Origin: an uncultured SAR86 cluster bacterium
GTDB taxonomy: Bacteria; Pseudomonadota; Gammaproteobacteria; Magnimaribacterales; AG-339-G14
DNA length: 64,000 bases
Direction: 5' to 3'
Assembly: GCA_902587545.1 (NCBI GenBank)
Contig: CACILL010000001.1
Coordinates: forward strand, 396,022-460,021
The notes beneath the pieces were generated by a model that worked only from the letters and a program-made list of their open reading frames with translations, had not been told where the DNA came from and did no database searches. A program made the position numbers and the translations under genes. Positions 1-9,593 of the stretch are shown here, piece after piece; positions within the stretch are counted from its first letter, which is position 1, and the number at the start of each line of letters is the position of its first letter.

Positions 1-1
1 T

Positions 2-1036
2 GGGGAGAGTTTGAATGGTTTTGAACTAATTTATGAAACTTATGGAGAGTTAAATAAAGAAAAATCAAATGCCATTTTGATATGTCATGCTCTAAGTGGT
101 AATCATCATGCCGCTGGTGTTTATTCAAAGGAAGACAAGAAACCTGGATGGTGGGATGAACTTATTGGCCCAGAAAAAGCCTTTGACACGAACAAATACT
201 TTATTGTTTCTTTGAATAACCTTGGCGGATGTCATGGCTCTACCGGACCAGGTTCAATTGACGATCAAACCGGTAAAGAATTTGGTGCTAATTTTCCAAT
301 CGTTACTGTTTCCGATTGGGTTAACAGCCAAAATCTTTTAAGAGAAGAGCTCAATATTGAAAAATGGCTTAGTGTTGCTGGAGGTAGTCTTGGAGGGATG
401 CAAGCCTTGCAATGGGCGATTGAATTTCCTAACAAATTATCAAAGGCTATCATCATTGCAGCTGCTCCAAAGTTAAGTACTCAAAATATCGCTTTCAACG
501 AAGTTGCAAGACAATCAATTATTTCAGATCCTGATTTTACAAAAGGAGATGCGCACCCTGAAAAGGGATTGGGACTTGCAAGAATGTTAGGACATATTAC
601 ATATCTTTCTGAAGAATCAATGAAAAATAAATTTGGCAGAGAGTTGAAGAAGGAAAAAATTGCATACGGCTATGATGTTGAATTTGAAATAGAAAGTTAT
701 TTAAGATATCAAGGAGCAAATTTTTCAAAAAGTTTTAATGCACATACGTACTTACTGATGACGAAAGCTTTAGATTATTTCGATCCTGCAAAAAAGGACG
801 ACGGGAATCTATCTAAAACCCTTTCAAAGGCATCATGTCAGTTCTTGGTTGTGTCTTTTAAATCTGATTGGAGATTTCCCTCAGAAAGATCTAAAGAAAT
901 CGTAGATGCCTTAATTCATGCAGAAAAAAAAGTAAGTTACTTGGATATTGATTCCATTCAAGGCCATGATAGTTTTTTAATGAAAAACGATAGATATGAA
1001 AATGCTATTAATAGTTTTTTAGAGGCAGATGTTTAA
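2..1036 (+). CDS. metX: Homoserine O-acyltransferase MetX, 5' end cut by window edge
   Basis: The reading frame is open to the window start. It is an alpha/beta hydrolase with the nucleophile elbow GGSLGGMQ and a C-terminal QGHDSFL motif. Its stop overlaps the metW start by 8 nt. Confidence 0.9.
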   Translation, partial: GESLNGFELIYETYGELNKEKSNAILICHALSGNHHAAGVYSKEDKKPGWWDELIGPEKAFDTNKYFIVSLNNLGGCHGSTGPGSIDDQTGKEFGANFPIVTVSDWVNSQNLLREELNIEKWLSVAGGSLGGMQALQWAIEFPNKLSKAIIIAAAPKLSTQNIAFNEVARQSIISDPDFTKGDAHPEKGLGLARMLGHITYLSEESMKNKFGRELKKEKIAYGYDVEFEIESYLRYQGANFSKSFNAHTYLLMTKALDYFDPAKKDDGNLSKTLSKASCQFLVVSFKSDWRFPSERSKEIVDALIHAEKKVSYLDIDSIQGHDSFLMKNDRYENAINSFLEADV

Positions 1037-1613
1037 GATAAATGATTGGATTTCTCGAGACTCCAAAGTTCTAGATCTTGGTTGTGGAGATGGGTCTCTT
1101 CTTAACGATTTAAGGAAAGAAAAGTCTGCTTCCGGTTTAGGTATTGAAATAGATGCCGAGAAAATAAAAAGCTGCTTAAAAAAAGGAATCTCAGTTATCG
1201 AACAAGATATCGATAGTGGTTTGGAAAATTTTGGCAACCAATCTTTTGATTATGTTGTGATGAGTCAATCTATCCAGGCTCTTAAAAAACCGGAAGTAGC
1301 TTTAGAAGAGATTGTTCGAATTGGAAAAGAATGTATTGTTTCTATTCCAAATTTTGCAAATATCAAATGCAGGCTTCAACTTTTTTTTAAGGGACAAATG
1401 CCAGTTTCAAGTGCTTTGCCTTACGATTGGTACTCAACGCCAAATTTACATCTTTGCTCTTTGGAGGATTTCGAGGAACTTTGTAAGAAATCTAATATCA
1501 AAATTGTTGAGAGAAAACTTTCAAAAATAAATGGTGAAGAAAGCATTCTAATGAAACTGTTACCAAATCTATTTTCAGAAGTGGCTCTTTATAAGCTTGT
1601 CAAAGAAAATTGA
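1029..1613 (+). CDS. metW: Methionine biosynthesis protein MetW
   Basis: It has the SAM-binding motif [12 protein letters not shown] and the MSQSIQA...SIPNF block typical of MetW. It is coupled to metX. Confidence 0.85.
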   Translation: MFKINDWISRDSKVLDLGCGDGSLLNDLRKEKSASGLGIEIDAEKIKSCLKKGISVIEQDIDSGLENFGNQSFDYVVMSQSIQALKKPEVALEEIVRIGKECIVSIPNFANIKCRLQLFFKGQMPVSSALPYDWYSTPNLHLCSLEDFEELCKKSNIKIVERKLSKINGEESILMKLLPNLFSEVALYKLVKEN

Positions 1614-2197
1614 AGATAGTTATTGCAACTTTTAACAAAGGTAAATTCAAAGAATTCAAAGACTTATTTAGCAACTCCAGTTTTGAGATTCTTTCGTTAA
1701 AAGACTTCACAACTGAAGACATTGATGAGACAGGAAGCTCTTATGAAGAAAATGCGATGTTAAAAGCTAAAAAAGCGAGTGAGCTTAGTAATCATCCCTC
1801 GCTTGGAGATGACTCAGGCCTTGAAGTTAAATTACTAAATAACGATCCCGGGCTTTTTTCTGCTAGATATTCAGGAAAACATGCAACTGATGAGACAAAT
1901 ATAAAAAAATTACTCAAAGCAGTTAAAAATTTAGAAAATACTAAAGCAAAATTTGTTTCCACATTAGCGTTTTACGATCCACAAAAAAATCTTGAGCTTT
2001 TTTCTTTTGGCGAATTAGAAGGAGAAATCATCAAAGAAAAAAAGGGCGATAAAGGATTTGGTTATGACCCAATTTTTAAAATTAAAAATTCTTGTCAAAC
2101 TTTGGCAGAGGTCTCATTTGAAGAGAGAATGAAAATAAGTCACAGAGCAAAATCTACTCAAGAAATGCTTAAGCATTTAAATCAGTTATATAAGTAA
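1610..2197 (+). CDS. rdgB: dITP/XTP pyrophosphatase (RdgB/Ham1 family)
   Basis: The TTG start overlaps the metW stop (TTGA). The Ham1 pattern IATFNKGKFKEF, DDSGLEV and GFGYDPIF is present. Confidence 0.85.
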   Translation: MKIVIATFNKGKFKEFKDLFSNSSFEILSLKDFTTEDIDETGSSYEENAMLKAKKASELSNHPSLGDDSGLEVKLLNNDPGLFSARYSGKHATDETNIKKLLKAVKNLENTKAKFVSTLAFYDPQKNLELFSFGELEGEIIKEKKGDKGFGYDPIFKIKNSCQTLAEVSFEERMKISHRAKSTQEMLKHLNQLYK

Positions 2198-2822
2198 AAA
2201 CTTCTCTACCCTCTTCTATCGCTTTCCCCTCATATTTTGTTTGTATGGGTTTGAGTGACTGCAAAACATTTGAATCATGCAATACTTTGAATTCTGCAAA
2301 GTCTTTTTTTATATCATCGGCATAATCTTGCCAGTCTGTCTTGACGATTAAGCGTCCCTTTTCTTTTAGATTTTGTTTTATGAGATTTAGAAAATTTTGG
2401 TCTATCAACCTTCTTTTCCAATGTTTTTTTTTCGGCCAAGGATCTGGAAATAAAATAAAAATAAAATCAAAAAAAGATTTTTCAATTTTTTCTAAAAAAT
2501 CTTTTGCATCGCCATAAAACAAACATATGTTTTTTAAGTCATGAATTTGCACCTGTTTCAAAACGGAGGCAATACCAGACTTAAAAACTTCGATCCCATA
2601 AAAGTTCATATTAGAGTTGGCCATTGCCTTTTCAATTAAGTTGTTACCATCTCCAAAGCCTATTTCAAGTATATTAATTTTTTTTTCCGGAAGTAATTTT
2701 GATATATGGCTAACTTCTTTTGATTCAAAAAAATTCTTATTTTTAAATTTCTCGAAAATTTCTAGATCCTTTTTGGATGTTCTGCTGCGAACATGCACAA
2801 AAGATTTAACCTCTCTTTTCAA
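2169..2822 (-). CDS. trmB: tRNA (guanine-N7)-methyltransferase
   Basis: It has the SAM motif ILEIGFGDGNNL and the TrmB signature FPDPWPKKKHWKRR. Confidence 0.9.
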   Translation of the reverse strand: MKREVKSFVHVRSRTSKKDLEIFEKFKNKNFFESKEVSHISKLLPEKKINILEIGFGDGNNLIEKAMANSNMNFYGIEVFKSGIASVLKQVQIHDLKNICLFYGDAKDFLEKIEKSFFDFIFILFPDPWPKKKHWKRRLIDQNFLNLIKQNLKEKGRLIVKTDWQDYADDIKKDFAEFKVLHDSNVLQSLKPIQTKYEGKAIEEGREVFTYITDLNA

Positions 2823-3598
2823 GACTCAATGATGCCTTTTTCTGGAGAGCTAGGACTTGGTTGGGATTTAGGAATTCTTCCTGATTTGTGGGCAAACCTT
2901 CCTGATTCAACTGCTAATTTCATTGCTAAGGCCATCTGAGTAGGATTTTCAGATTTTGCAATGGCGGTGTTTAATAAAACTGCGTCAGCTCCCATTTCCA
3001 TTGCTATTGAAGCATCTGAAGCAGTACCAATACCAGCATCAATAATGACTGGCACGGAAACTGAATCAATAATTTTTTGAATTTTTTGAGGCTCTACAAT
3101 ACCCTGACCAGAACCAATGGGTGCAGCTAATGGCATTATGGAAACACATCCAATATCTTCAAGTTTCATGCAACTTTCATAATCAGCTGTGCAATAAACC
3201 ATTACCTCAAAACCGTCTCTTACTAAAATTTCTGCTGCCTCTATGGTCGAATCCATATTTGGTAGTAACGTTTTTGGATCATCAAGTACTTCTAACTTTA
3301 GTAAGTTTTTACCGCCCAAAATCTCTCTACCTAATTTTGCCATCCGCACTGCATCTTTTGTTGAATAGGCACCAGCAGTATTAGGAAGAATTGTGTATTT
3401 ATCCGGAGATATATAATCAAGAATTGAAGAATCTTTATCGTTTTGAAGGTCTATTCTTCTAACAGCAACGGTAACAATTTCTGCTCCCGAAGCTTCAATA
3501 GAGGCGATTGCTTCAGCTTCATCTTTATATTTACCTGTACCTACTAGAAGTCTTGATGAGTAGTTTTTTCCCGCAACGACTAAGCTGTCCTGAGTCAA
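2819..3598 (-). CDS. thiG: Thiazole synthase
   Basis: ThiG blocks are present: LLVGTGKY, ILPNTAG, IMPLAAPIGSGQG and DAGIGTASDA. Its stop overlaps the trmB start by 4 nt. Confidence 0.9.
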   Translation of the reverse strand: MTQDSLVVAGKNYSSRLLVGTGKYKDEAEAIASIEASGAEIVTVAVRRIDLQNDKDSSILDYISPDKYTILPNTAGAYSTKDAVRMAKLGREILGGKNLLKLEVLDDPKTLLPNMDSTIEAAEILVRDGFEVMVYCTADYESCMKLEDIGCVSIMPLAAPIGSGQGIVEPQKIQKIIDSVSVPVIIDAGIGTASDASIAMEMGADAVLLNTAIAKSENPTQMALAMKLAVESGRFAHKSGRIPKSQPSPSSPEKGIIES

Positions 3599-3814
3599 TT
3601 AACCACCACCTATCGCTTTTACAATTTCTACTTTATCTCCATCTTTAAGATTGGTTTCCTGCCAATCCGATCTAAAAACTAAATTTTCATTTATTTCAAT
3701 TGCAATGTGTTTGGAAGATATATTTAGTGACTCTAAGACAGAGACGATATTTGTTTCTTGAGGAAATTTTTTTAAATCGCCGTTTATGAAGATTTTTATT
3801 GGAGAGCTTACCAA
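3599..3814 (-). CDS. thiS: Sulfur carrier protein ThiS
   Basis: This is a 71-aa ubiquitin-like protein ending in GGG, immediately upstream of thiG. It has a TTG start 3 nt after the rpoH stop. Confidence 0.8.
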   Translation of the reverse strand: MVSSPIKIFINGDLKKFPQETNIVSVLESLNISSKHIAIEINENLVFRSDWQETNLKDGDKVEIVKAIGGG

Positions 3815-3817
3815 AAT

Positions 3818-4669
3818 TTAGCTCAATTTTTCCTTTATCACGTCCATGGCAGATTTTTCAATTTGCCTTATTCGTTCTGCGCTAACTCCATATTTATCAG
3901 ATAGTTCGTGAAGAGTGGGTTTTATGTCACTAAGCCAACGATCCATTAAAATTTCTTTGCTTCTTTGATCTAATTCAGAAATAGCAGAAAGAAGTTCGCT
4001 ATTGTTGTGTTTTTCTAAATCATTTTTTTCAATGAGCTCTGCTGGATCCATGCTTGAATCAGAAATGTAATTAGCGGGGCTGTAAGATGCCTGATCGTCA
4101 TTGGCTTCTGCAGGTGGGTCAAAAGAAACATCTGAAGAATTCATTCTGGATTCCATTTCTTTTACAGATTTTTCATCTACACCTAATTCGGAGGAAATCA
4201 TTTTTACTTCATCAGAAGAGAGCCAATTTAACTCTTTTCTTTTACTTCTAAGATTAAAGAAAAGCTTTCTTTGAGCTTTGGTAGTTGCTACTTTGACGAT
4301 TTTCCAATTTTTTAAAATGTATTCATGAATTTCAGATTTTATCCAATGAATCGCAAAGGATATGAGCCTGACGCCAACTTCTGGATTGAATTTCCTTACA
4401 GCTTTCATAAGGCCAACGTTTCCTTCTTGAATAAGATCTGCTTGAGGAAGGCCATATCCGGAATAGCCTCTGGCCACATGAGCGACAAACCTCAAATGTG
4501 CCATTACAAGCTTTCTAGCCGCTTCCAAGTCATTATTATAATAAAGCTCTTCGGCAAGTTTTTTCTCCTCTTCGGGAGTCAAAATAGAGATATTTTGAAT
4601 AGAATTAAGATAGGACTCCAGGTTTTGTCCTGGAGAAGAAATATCCATAGGTTGTAGTTCTTTACCCAT
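3818..4669 (-). CDS. rpoH: RNA polymerase sigma-32 heat-shock factor
   Basis: Sigma-70 family regions 2-4 are present, together with the RpoH box QRKLFFNLR. Confidence 0.9.
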   Translation of the reverse strand: MGKELQPMDISSPGQNLESYLNSIQNISILTPEEEKKLAEELYYNNDLEAARKLVMAHLRFVAHVARGYSGYGLPQADLIQEGNVGLMKAVRKFNPEVGVRLISFAIHWIKSEIHEYILKNWKIVKVATTKAQRKLFFNLRSKRKELNWLSSDEVKMISSELGVDEKSVKEMESRMNSSDVSFDPPAEANDDQASYSPANYISDSSMDPAELIEKNDLEKHNNSELLSAISELDQRSKEILMDRWLSDIKPTLHELSDKYGVSAERIRQIEKSAMDVIKEKLS

Positions 4670-4737
4670 AATTGCGAATTTTATACCTTTTTTTCATCTT
4701 TTTAGAAATGATTTACTAAAAAAGTTATAAAAATAGT

Positions 4738-5541
4738 TTAAGAATCTATTTGTCTCAGAAAATCTAACCTTTTTTTATTTGAAAAAGCAAAAAATCCCTT
4801 AATTAACTGTTTTTCGTTCATATCATAAGAAATCTCTTGAAGGTCTGTATCCAATACATCTCCTCCAAAAGCTTTTAAAATAGCGTGTCCAGCTGCGATA
4901 TCCCAGGAGTAAATATCTCCAAATCTAGGATAAAGGTCTGCTATTCCTTCACAAATCCTACAAAACTTTATAGAACTTCCCATTCTAATAACTTTAGATC
5001 CCTTAAATTTAGACATTACTTTTGCACAAAAATCCATTTCTTCTTCACTGCTGTGAGATTTACTAATTAAAACATTGCAGATTTTATTGTTCTTATTAGA
5101 AAGAGACACCATTTTTTCATCAATAATTTTTTTTGGTGGTAAATCAGTACCGCCTAAAAAGATGCTATCTTTCATGGGTTGATAGATAGCGCCAAGTATT
5201 GGTTTTTGTTTGTTAATTAGGGCAATGTTTAAAGTAAATTCATCACTGCCATTTATTAATTCTTTTGTACCATCTATAGGATCTATGATCCAAGCGTATT
5301 CAGAATTTGCTTGTTCTTGGCTAGTCTCTTCAGAGATGAGTGCAAAATCTTGATTAATTTTTTTTAGCTCTTTTCTTATGAATTGGTCTACCTCGGTATC
5401 TAAGATTGTCAGTGGAGAGTTATCTTTTTTATAACTTATCTTAAGATCTATTGAGTCAAAATTAACAAAAAACTTTTTCGCGCTTTTGAATATTTTAATT
5501 AACTTTTCTGAGATATAAGTTTGATTCACTTTATTCATCAT
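4738..5541 (-). CDS. cysQ: 3'(2'),5'-bisphosphate nucleotidase / inositol monophosphatase family
   Basis: Family motifs LISEE, WIIDPIDGTKELI and WDIAAGHAIL are present. Confidence 0.7.
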   Translation of the reverse strand: MMNKVNQTYISEKLIKIFKSAKKFFVNFDSIDLKISYKKDNSPLTILDTEVDQFIRKELKKINQDFALISEETSQEQANSEYAWIIDPIDGTKELINGSDEFTLNIALINKQKPILGAIYQPMKDSIFLGGTDLPPKKIIDEKMVSLSNKNNKICNVLISKSHSSEEEMDFCAKVMSKFKGSKVIRMGSSIKFCRICEGIADLYPRFGDIYSWDIAAGHAILKAFGGDVLDTDLQEISYDMNEKQLIKGFFAFSNKKRLDFLRQIDS

Positions 5542-5597
5542 TATTTTTATAAATACTATTTATAAACTACAATAACACTCTAGTTAGAGAACATATT

Positions 5598-5765
5598 ATG
5601 GTTGATAAAGAAGATTTATTGAAACAAGCTGAAGACATTCATTCTGGTCTAAAGAGACTTAGTCTGAAAAATAGAAAGGTTGTAATGCCTCATCATAAAG
5701 AGTTTGAGTTAATTGAGGAACTTGAAGAGCTTTCAATAGATTTGATTGAAAAACTTAAAAAGTAA
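5598..5765 (+). CDS. Candidate 55-aa small protein (MVDKEDLLKQAEDIHSGLKRLSLKNRKVVMPHHKEFELIEELEELSIDLIEKLKK)
   Basis: I translated this by hand; it falls below the ORF-track length cutoff. It fills most of the largest intergenic gap in the window, ends 12 nt before the next gene and is predicted to be helical. The ribosome-binding site is weak. Confidence 0.3.
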   Translation: MVDKEDLLKQAEDIHSGLKRLSLKNRKVVMPHHKEFELIEELEELSIDLIEKLKK

Positions 5766-5777
5766 AAAGGAGTTGAA

Positions 5778-6656
5778 ATGACAAATAAATATACTTGTTT
5801 TGATTTAGAAATAAAAAACAAAGTGGCGTATGTAACCATGTGTCGACCAGATGAATACAACACGATGAATAAAGCATTTTGGTCAGAATTGCCTCATCTT
5901 GTTGAAAAAATATCTGATGATGCCAGTGCAAGGGTAATAGTCCTATCTTCTACAGGAAAGCATTTTTGTGCCGGAATGGATTTAGCTAACTTTTCATTGA
6001 GCGACAATCCCACTGAGCCAAAATCTTCTAATACCCATAATGGAATGAAAAAGGAAGCAGGTTTTAGAATCACTCTAGACCTTCAACATACAATCACTTC
6101 TCTTGAAAAAGCAAGAATTCCAGTTATTTCGGCTATTCAAGGAGGTTGTATAGGTGGTGGTTTAGACCTGGCAACAGCAACAGATATTAGATTCTGTACT
6201 AAAGAAGCTTTCTTTTGTATCCAAGAAATTAATATTGGGATGGCAGCAGATGTTGGAACTTTGCAAAGAATTCCAAGATTGATTCCAGAAGGAGTAGTAA
6301 GAGAATTAGCCTACACAGGCAGAAGGTTTTTTGCTGACGAAGCAAAAGCTCATGGCTTGGTAAACAAAGTCTTTGATTCCCATGAAGAAATGATGTCAGC
6401 GGTGAAAATTATTGCAGAAGAAATTGCTTCCAAAGGTCCTTTGGCAGTTGCGGGAACAAAAGAAATTCTTAATTATGGGCGAGATCATACAATTGAAGAG
6501 TCTCTAAATCATGTTGCTTTGTGGAATGCTGCAATGGGAATAAGTGATGAGATGTCTGTAGCCTTTGAAGCAAAAGCAAATAATAAAGATCCAGAGTTTG
6601 ATGATTTAATTCCAAGAACTGGAAAAAAATATCTTGATGGTGGATATCAAGGGTAG
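5778..6656 (+). CDS. Enoyl-CoA hydratase/isomerase (crotonase) family protein
   Basis: It has crotonase fold motifs HFCAGMDL and GGCIGGGLDLATA. An AAGGAG ribosome-binding site lies upstream. Confidence 0.85.
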   Translation: MTNKYTCFDLEIKNKVAYVTMCRPDEYNTMNKAFWSELPHLVEKISDDASARVIVLSSTGKHFCAGMDLANFSLSDNPTEPKSSNTHNGMKKEAGFRITLDLQHTITSLEKARIPVISAIQGGCIGGGLDLATATDIRFCTKEAFFCIQEINIGMAADVGTLQRIPRLIPEGVVRELAYTGRRFFADEAKAHGLVNKVFDSHEEMMSAVKIIAEEIASKGPLAVAGTKEILNYGRDHTIEESLNHVALWNAAMGISDEMSVAFEAKANNKDPEFDDLIPRTGKKYLDGGYQG

Positions 6657-6657
6657 A

Positions 6658-7422
6658 TTATTTTCTTAGAAAAACTGGGCTATCTTCAGTCGAATCTTTT
6701 TTGGAAAATTTATAGCCATCTAGATTGAATTTTTGAAGATCTTCAGAAGTTTTAGCTCGATTTTCAATCAAATACTTGGCCATTAATCCTCTAGCCTTTT
6801 TCGCGTAAAAGCTAATTATCTTAAATTGGCCATTTTTAAAATCTTTGAAGACCGGACTGATGACTCGGCTTTTTAACTTTTCAGTATCAACAGATGAAAA
6901 ATATTCAATAGAAGCAAGATTCACCAAAATAGAAGTTGCTTTGAGATCTTTGTTTAAATGATTGGTAATTTCTTCTTTCCAAAACTCATACAAGTCCTTG
7001 TTTTTTGCAACAGAAATTTTAGTACCCATCTCAAGACGGTAAGGCGAAATAATATCTAATGGTTTTAAAACTCCATAAAGTCCGGAAAGGATCCTGAGGT
7101 GTTTTTGTGCAAAATTTATGTCTTGTTTTGAAAGTTTTTCAAACTCCAGTCCTTGATAGACATCTCCTTTAAAAACAAATCCAGCTTGTTTCGCATGAGC
7201 TGAAGGTTTGGTTGCTTGAGACCAATTCTGGAATCTATCATGGTTTAAAGCAGAAATTTTTTCACTGACTCCCATTAAAGAAGACAACTCAGATTTATTG
7301 AATTTCTTCATAGTAGACACTAAATTTTTAGATTGAGGCAAAAAAGGCGGTACTGAGAAATCCAGTCCCTTTTCTGAAAAAGAATAATCTAACGTCTTAG
7401 CTGGAGATAGAACTATAATCAT
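6658..7422 (-). CDS. yaaA: Peroxide stress protein YaaA (UPF0246/DUF328)
   Basis: The N-terminus MIIVLSPAKTLD and the overall length are typical of YaaA. Confidence 0.85.
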   Translation of the reverse strand: MIIVLSPAKTLDYSFSEKGLDFSVPPFLPQSKNLVSTMKKFNKSELSSLMGVSEKISALNHDRFQNWSQATKPSAHAKQAGFVFKGDVYQGLEFEKLSKQDINFAQKHLRILSGLYGVLKPLDIISPYRLEMGTKISVAKNKDLYEFWKEEITNHLNKDLKATSILVNLASIEYFSSVDTEKLKSRVISPVFKDFKNGQFKIISFYAKKARGLMAKYLIENRAKTSEDLQKFNLDGYKFSKKDSTEDSPVFLRK

Positions 7423-7447
7423 TACAGTATTATTAAATCATATTTCA

Positions 7448-7954
7448 ATGCTCAAAAAAATTACCAAAACCATTGAGAATATACTTAATTTATTTCCTTT
7501 CTTTTTCGGAAATATTTCTTCTTGGCTCATTTTATTAATGATTTTTCTAAGCTCGATGATTGTCATCTTAAGATACGTTTTTGAAATCGGAGTGGTTGCA
7601 ATGCAAGAACTGCTCGTCTATTCACATGGGATGCTTTTTCTATTTTATGCCGCATTAGCTCTTAAAGATGATGCGCATGTCAGAGTAGACATTTTCTACA
7701 GAGAATTGTCGGCTAAAAGAAAAAGAATGGTAAATATTTTTGGGAATTTGTTTTTTTTACAACCCTTTGCTTGGGTAATTTTAATATTTTCATTTGAATA
7801 CGTTTACTTCGCTTGGTCTATCAATGAAATTTCTCCAGAACCTGGCGGTCTTCCTTTTGTGTATCTTTTCAAAACAAGCTTAATTATTTTTCCTGTTCTT
7901 TTGATCCTTCAGAGCTTTTCAGAGCTGATTAAATTGGTTTTCAAACATGATTGA
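7448..7954 (+). CDS. TRAP transporter small permease (DctQ-type)
   Basis: It is a 4-TM protein of 168 aa that overlaps the large permease gene by 8 nt. Confidence 0.75.
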   Translation: MLKKITKTIENILNLFPFFFGNISSWLILLMIFLSSMIVILRYVFEIGVVAMQELLVYSHGMLFLFYAALALKDDAHVRVDIFYRELSAKRKRMVNIFGNLFFLQPFAWVILIFSFEYVYFAWSINEISPEPGGLPFVYLFKTSLIIFPVLLILQSFSELIKLVFKHD

Positions 7955-9305
7955 TTTTCTGCCACTAATTCTTTTTGCCTTGGTTTGTATCTTTTTACTT
8001 TTTGGTTTCCCTGTTGCTTTTACTTTGGCTGGGGTTTCAATAATTTTTGCATTGATAACAAGTTTTTTTGGCGTTTTTGATTTGTTTCTTCTAGAAACTC
8101 TGCCTAATCGGATCTTTGGCGTGATGACGAACTCTACTTTAATAGCAGTTCCTTTGTTTATTTTTATGGGGGTATTGTTGGAAAAATCGAAAGTTGCTGA
8201 AGAACTCCTACTTAAAATGTCTGACTTTTTTTCTGGCTTTAGAGGTGGACTAGGTCTTTCGGTAATTTTTGTTGGAGCTTTGCTTGCAGCCAGTACAGGC
8301 ATTGTTGGAGCTACAGTTATTGCAATGGGTTTGATTTCTTTACCAGCATTTTTAAAACAGGGATATCCTCATAATCTTTCAACTGGATTAATTTCTGCTA
8401 CCGGCACTTTGGGACAAATCATCCCTCCTTCTATTGCCCTGGTTATTTTAGGAGATGTATTGTCTTCAGCTTATCAACAATCGCAACTTAGTCAGGGTAT
8501 TTTTACAGCCAAAACAATTTCAGTAGGGGATCTTTTCTTAGCAGCTATAGTTCCTGGATTAATGTTGCTGTGTTTTTATGCAATTTACTTTCTTTTCAAA
8601 TCAAGAAACTTGGAACTTGTCTCAAATGGTAGGCAAAGCTCAATAAAAGCTGTTGATTTGGTGAAAGTAATTGCTCCACCCTTTATATTGATCATCACAG
8701 TTTTGGGCAGCATTATTTTTGGAATTGCTTCTCCTACAGAGGCATCCGGTTTAGGTGCTTTGGGAGCAATTCTAATTGCAATGCTAAATAATAAATTAAA
8801 TTTTCAAACTTTAGCTGAGACTGTAAAACAATCAGCCGCCATAACCTCAATGGTTTTTGTCATTTTAATTGGTGCTTCTGTTTTTTCTTTGGTTTTTAGA
8901 GGCTTAGGAGGAGAAGAACTCATCGAGCAAATATTTAATTCAATTCCTGGAGGTCTTTTCGGTTCAATGATTTTAGTTATGGTTTTAATTTTTTTGTTGG
9001 GTTTTATCTTAGATTTCATCGAAATAAGTTTTGTCATAGTTCCTATTGTTGGGCCGGTATTGATGGCAATGGGAGCAGATCCGATTTGGCTTGGTATTAT
9101 GATTGCAATAAATTTACAAACTTCTTTCTTAACGCCGCCATTTGGTTTTGCTTTGTTTTATCTGAGAGGTGTTGCGCCTGAAAGCATAAAAACAATTTCT
9201 TTATATAAAGGTGTGATTCCTTTTATAGTAATCCAACTAGGTCTTTTGATTTTATTAGCCATTTTTCCAACAATCGTAACTTTTTTACCAAGTTTTTTAT
9301 ATTAA
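7947..9305 (+). CDS. TRAP transporter large permease (DctM-type)
   Basis: It is a 452-aa polytopic membrane protein with the DctM-like blocks GTLGQIIPPSIALVILG and FLTPPFGFALFY. Confidence 0.85.
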   Translation: MIDFLPLILFALVCIFLLFGFPVAFTLAGVSIIFALITSFFGVFDLFLLETLPNRIFGVMTNSTLIAVPLFIFMGVLLEKSKVAEELLLKMSDFFSGFRGGLGLSVIFVGALLAASTGIVGATVIAMGLISLPAFLKQGYPHNLSTGLISATGTLGQIIPPSIALVILGDVLSSAYQQSQLSQGIFTAKTISVGDLFLAAIVPGLMLLCFYAIYFLFKSRNLELVSNGRQSSIKAVDLVKVIAPPFILIITVLGSIIFGIASPTEASGLGALGAILIAMLNNKLNFQTLAETVKQSAAITSMVFVILIGASVFSLVFRGLGGEELIEQIFNSIPGGLFGSMILVMVLIFLLGFILDFIEISFVIVPIVGPVLMAMGADPIWLGIMIAINLQTSFLTPPFGFALFYLRGVAPESIKTISLYKGVIPFIVIQLGLLILLAIFPTIVTFLPSFLY

Positions 9306-9593
9306 ATGAATAACAAACGTCTGGTTAACTTGGGATATTTCTTCATATGGGGGGATTTTTTGTTAGTTATATTTTTTATTCATTCTTTGTTTGTAAGTCC
9401 AATCACCGTTGAGATGTATTTTTCTGAATATCTGCAAATAGCCTTATATTTATTTAATTGGATTAAAACTTGGGGTGGATTTTTTGAATGGTGGGTGGGA
9501 ATTATTTATACCTTGCCAGCAGCACTAATTTTTTTTATTAGATATTTTATTTCAACCTCGATAGGTATTTGGTTGGTAAAAAAATACAGTTAG
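9306..9593 (+). CDS. Small hydrophobic protein of 95 aa, about 3 TM, unknown function
   Basis: Its ATG directly abuts the TAA stop of the DctM-type gene. It is aromatic- and Trp-rich. I recognise no homology. Confidence 0.4.
   Translation: MNNKRLVNLGYFFIWGDFLLVIFFIHSLFVSPITVEMYFSEYLQIALYLFNWIKTWGGFFEWWVGIIYTLPAALIFFIRYFISTSIGIWLVKKYS

Noticed and set aside
7919-8302. A 127-aa minus-strand ORF lies antisense to the DctM-type permease gene. Similar antisense ORFs occur at 4325-4657, 10014-10256, 17737-18088, 19360-19737, 27712-28190, 31411-32233 and 41059-41394.
   Set aside because: All of them lie entirely inside, and antisense to, ORFs with clear family motifs. Their translations are low-complexity (Ser/Pro/Lys/Ile-rich) and show no recognisable domains or ribosome-binding sites. 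These are typical shadow ORFs.
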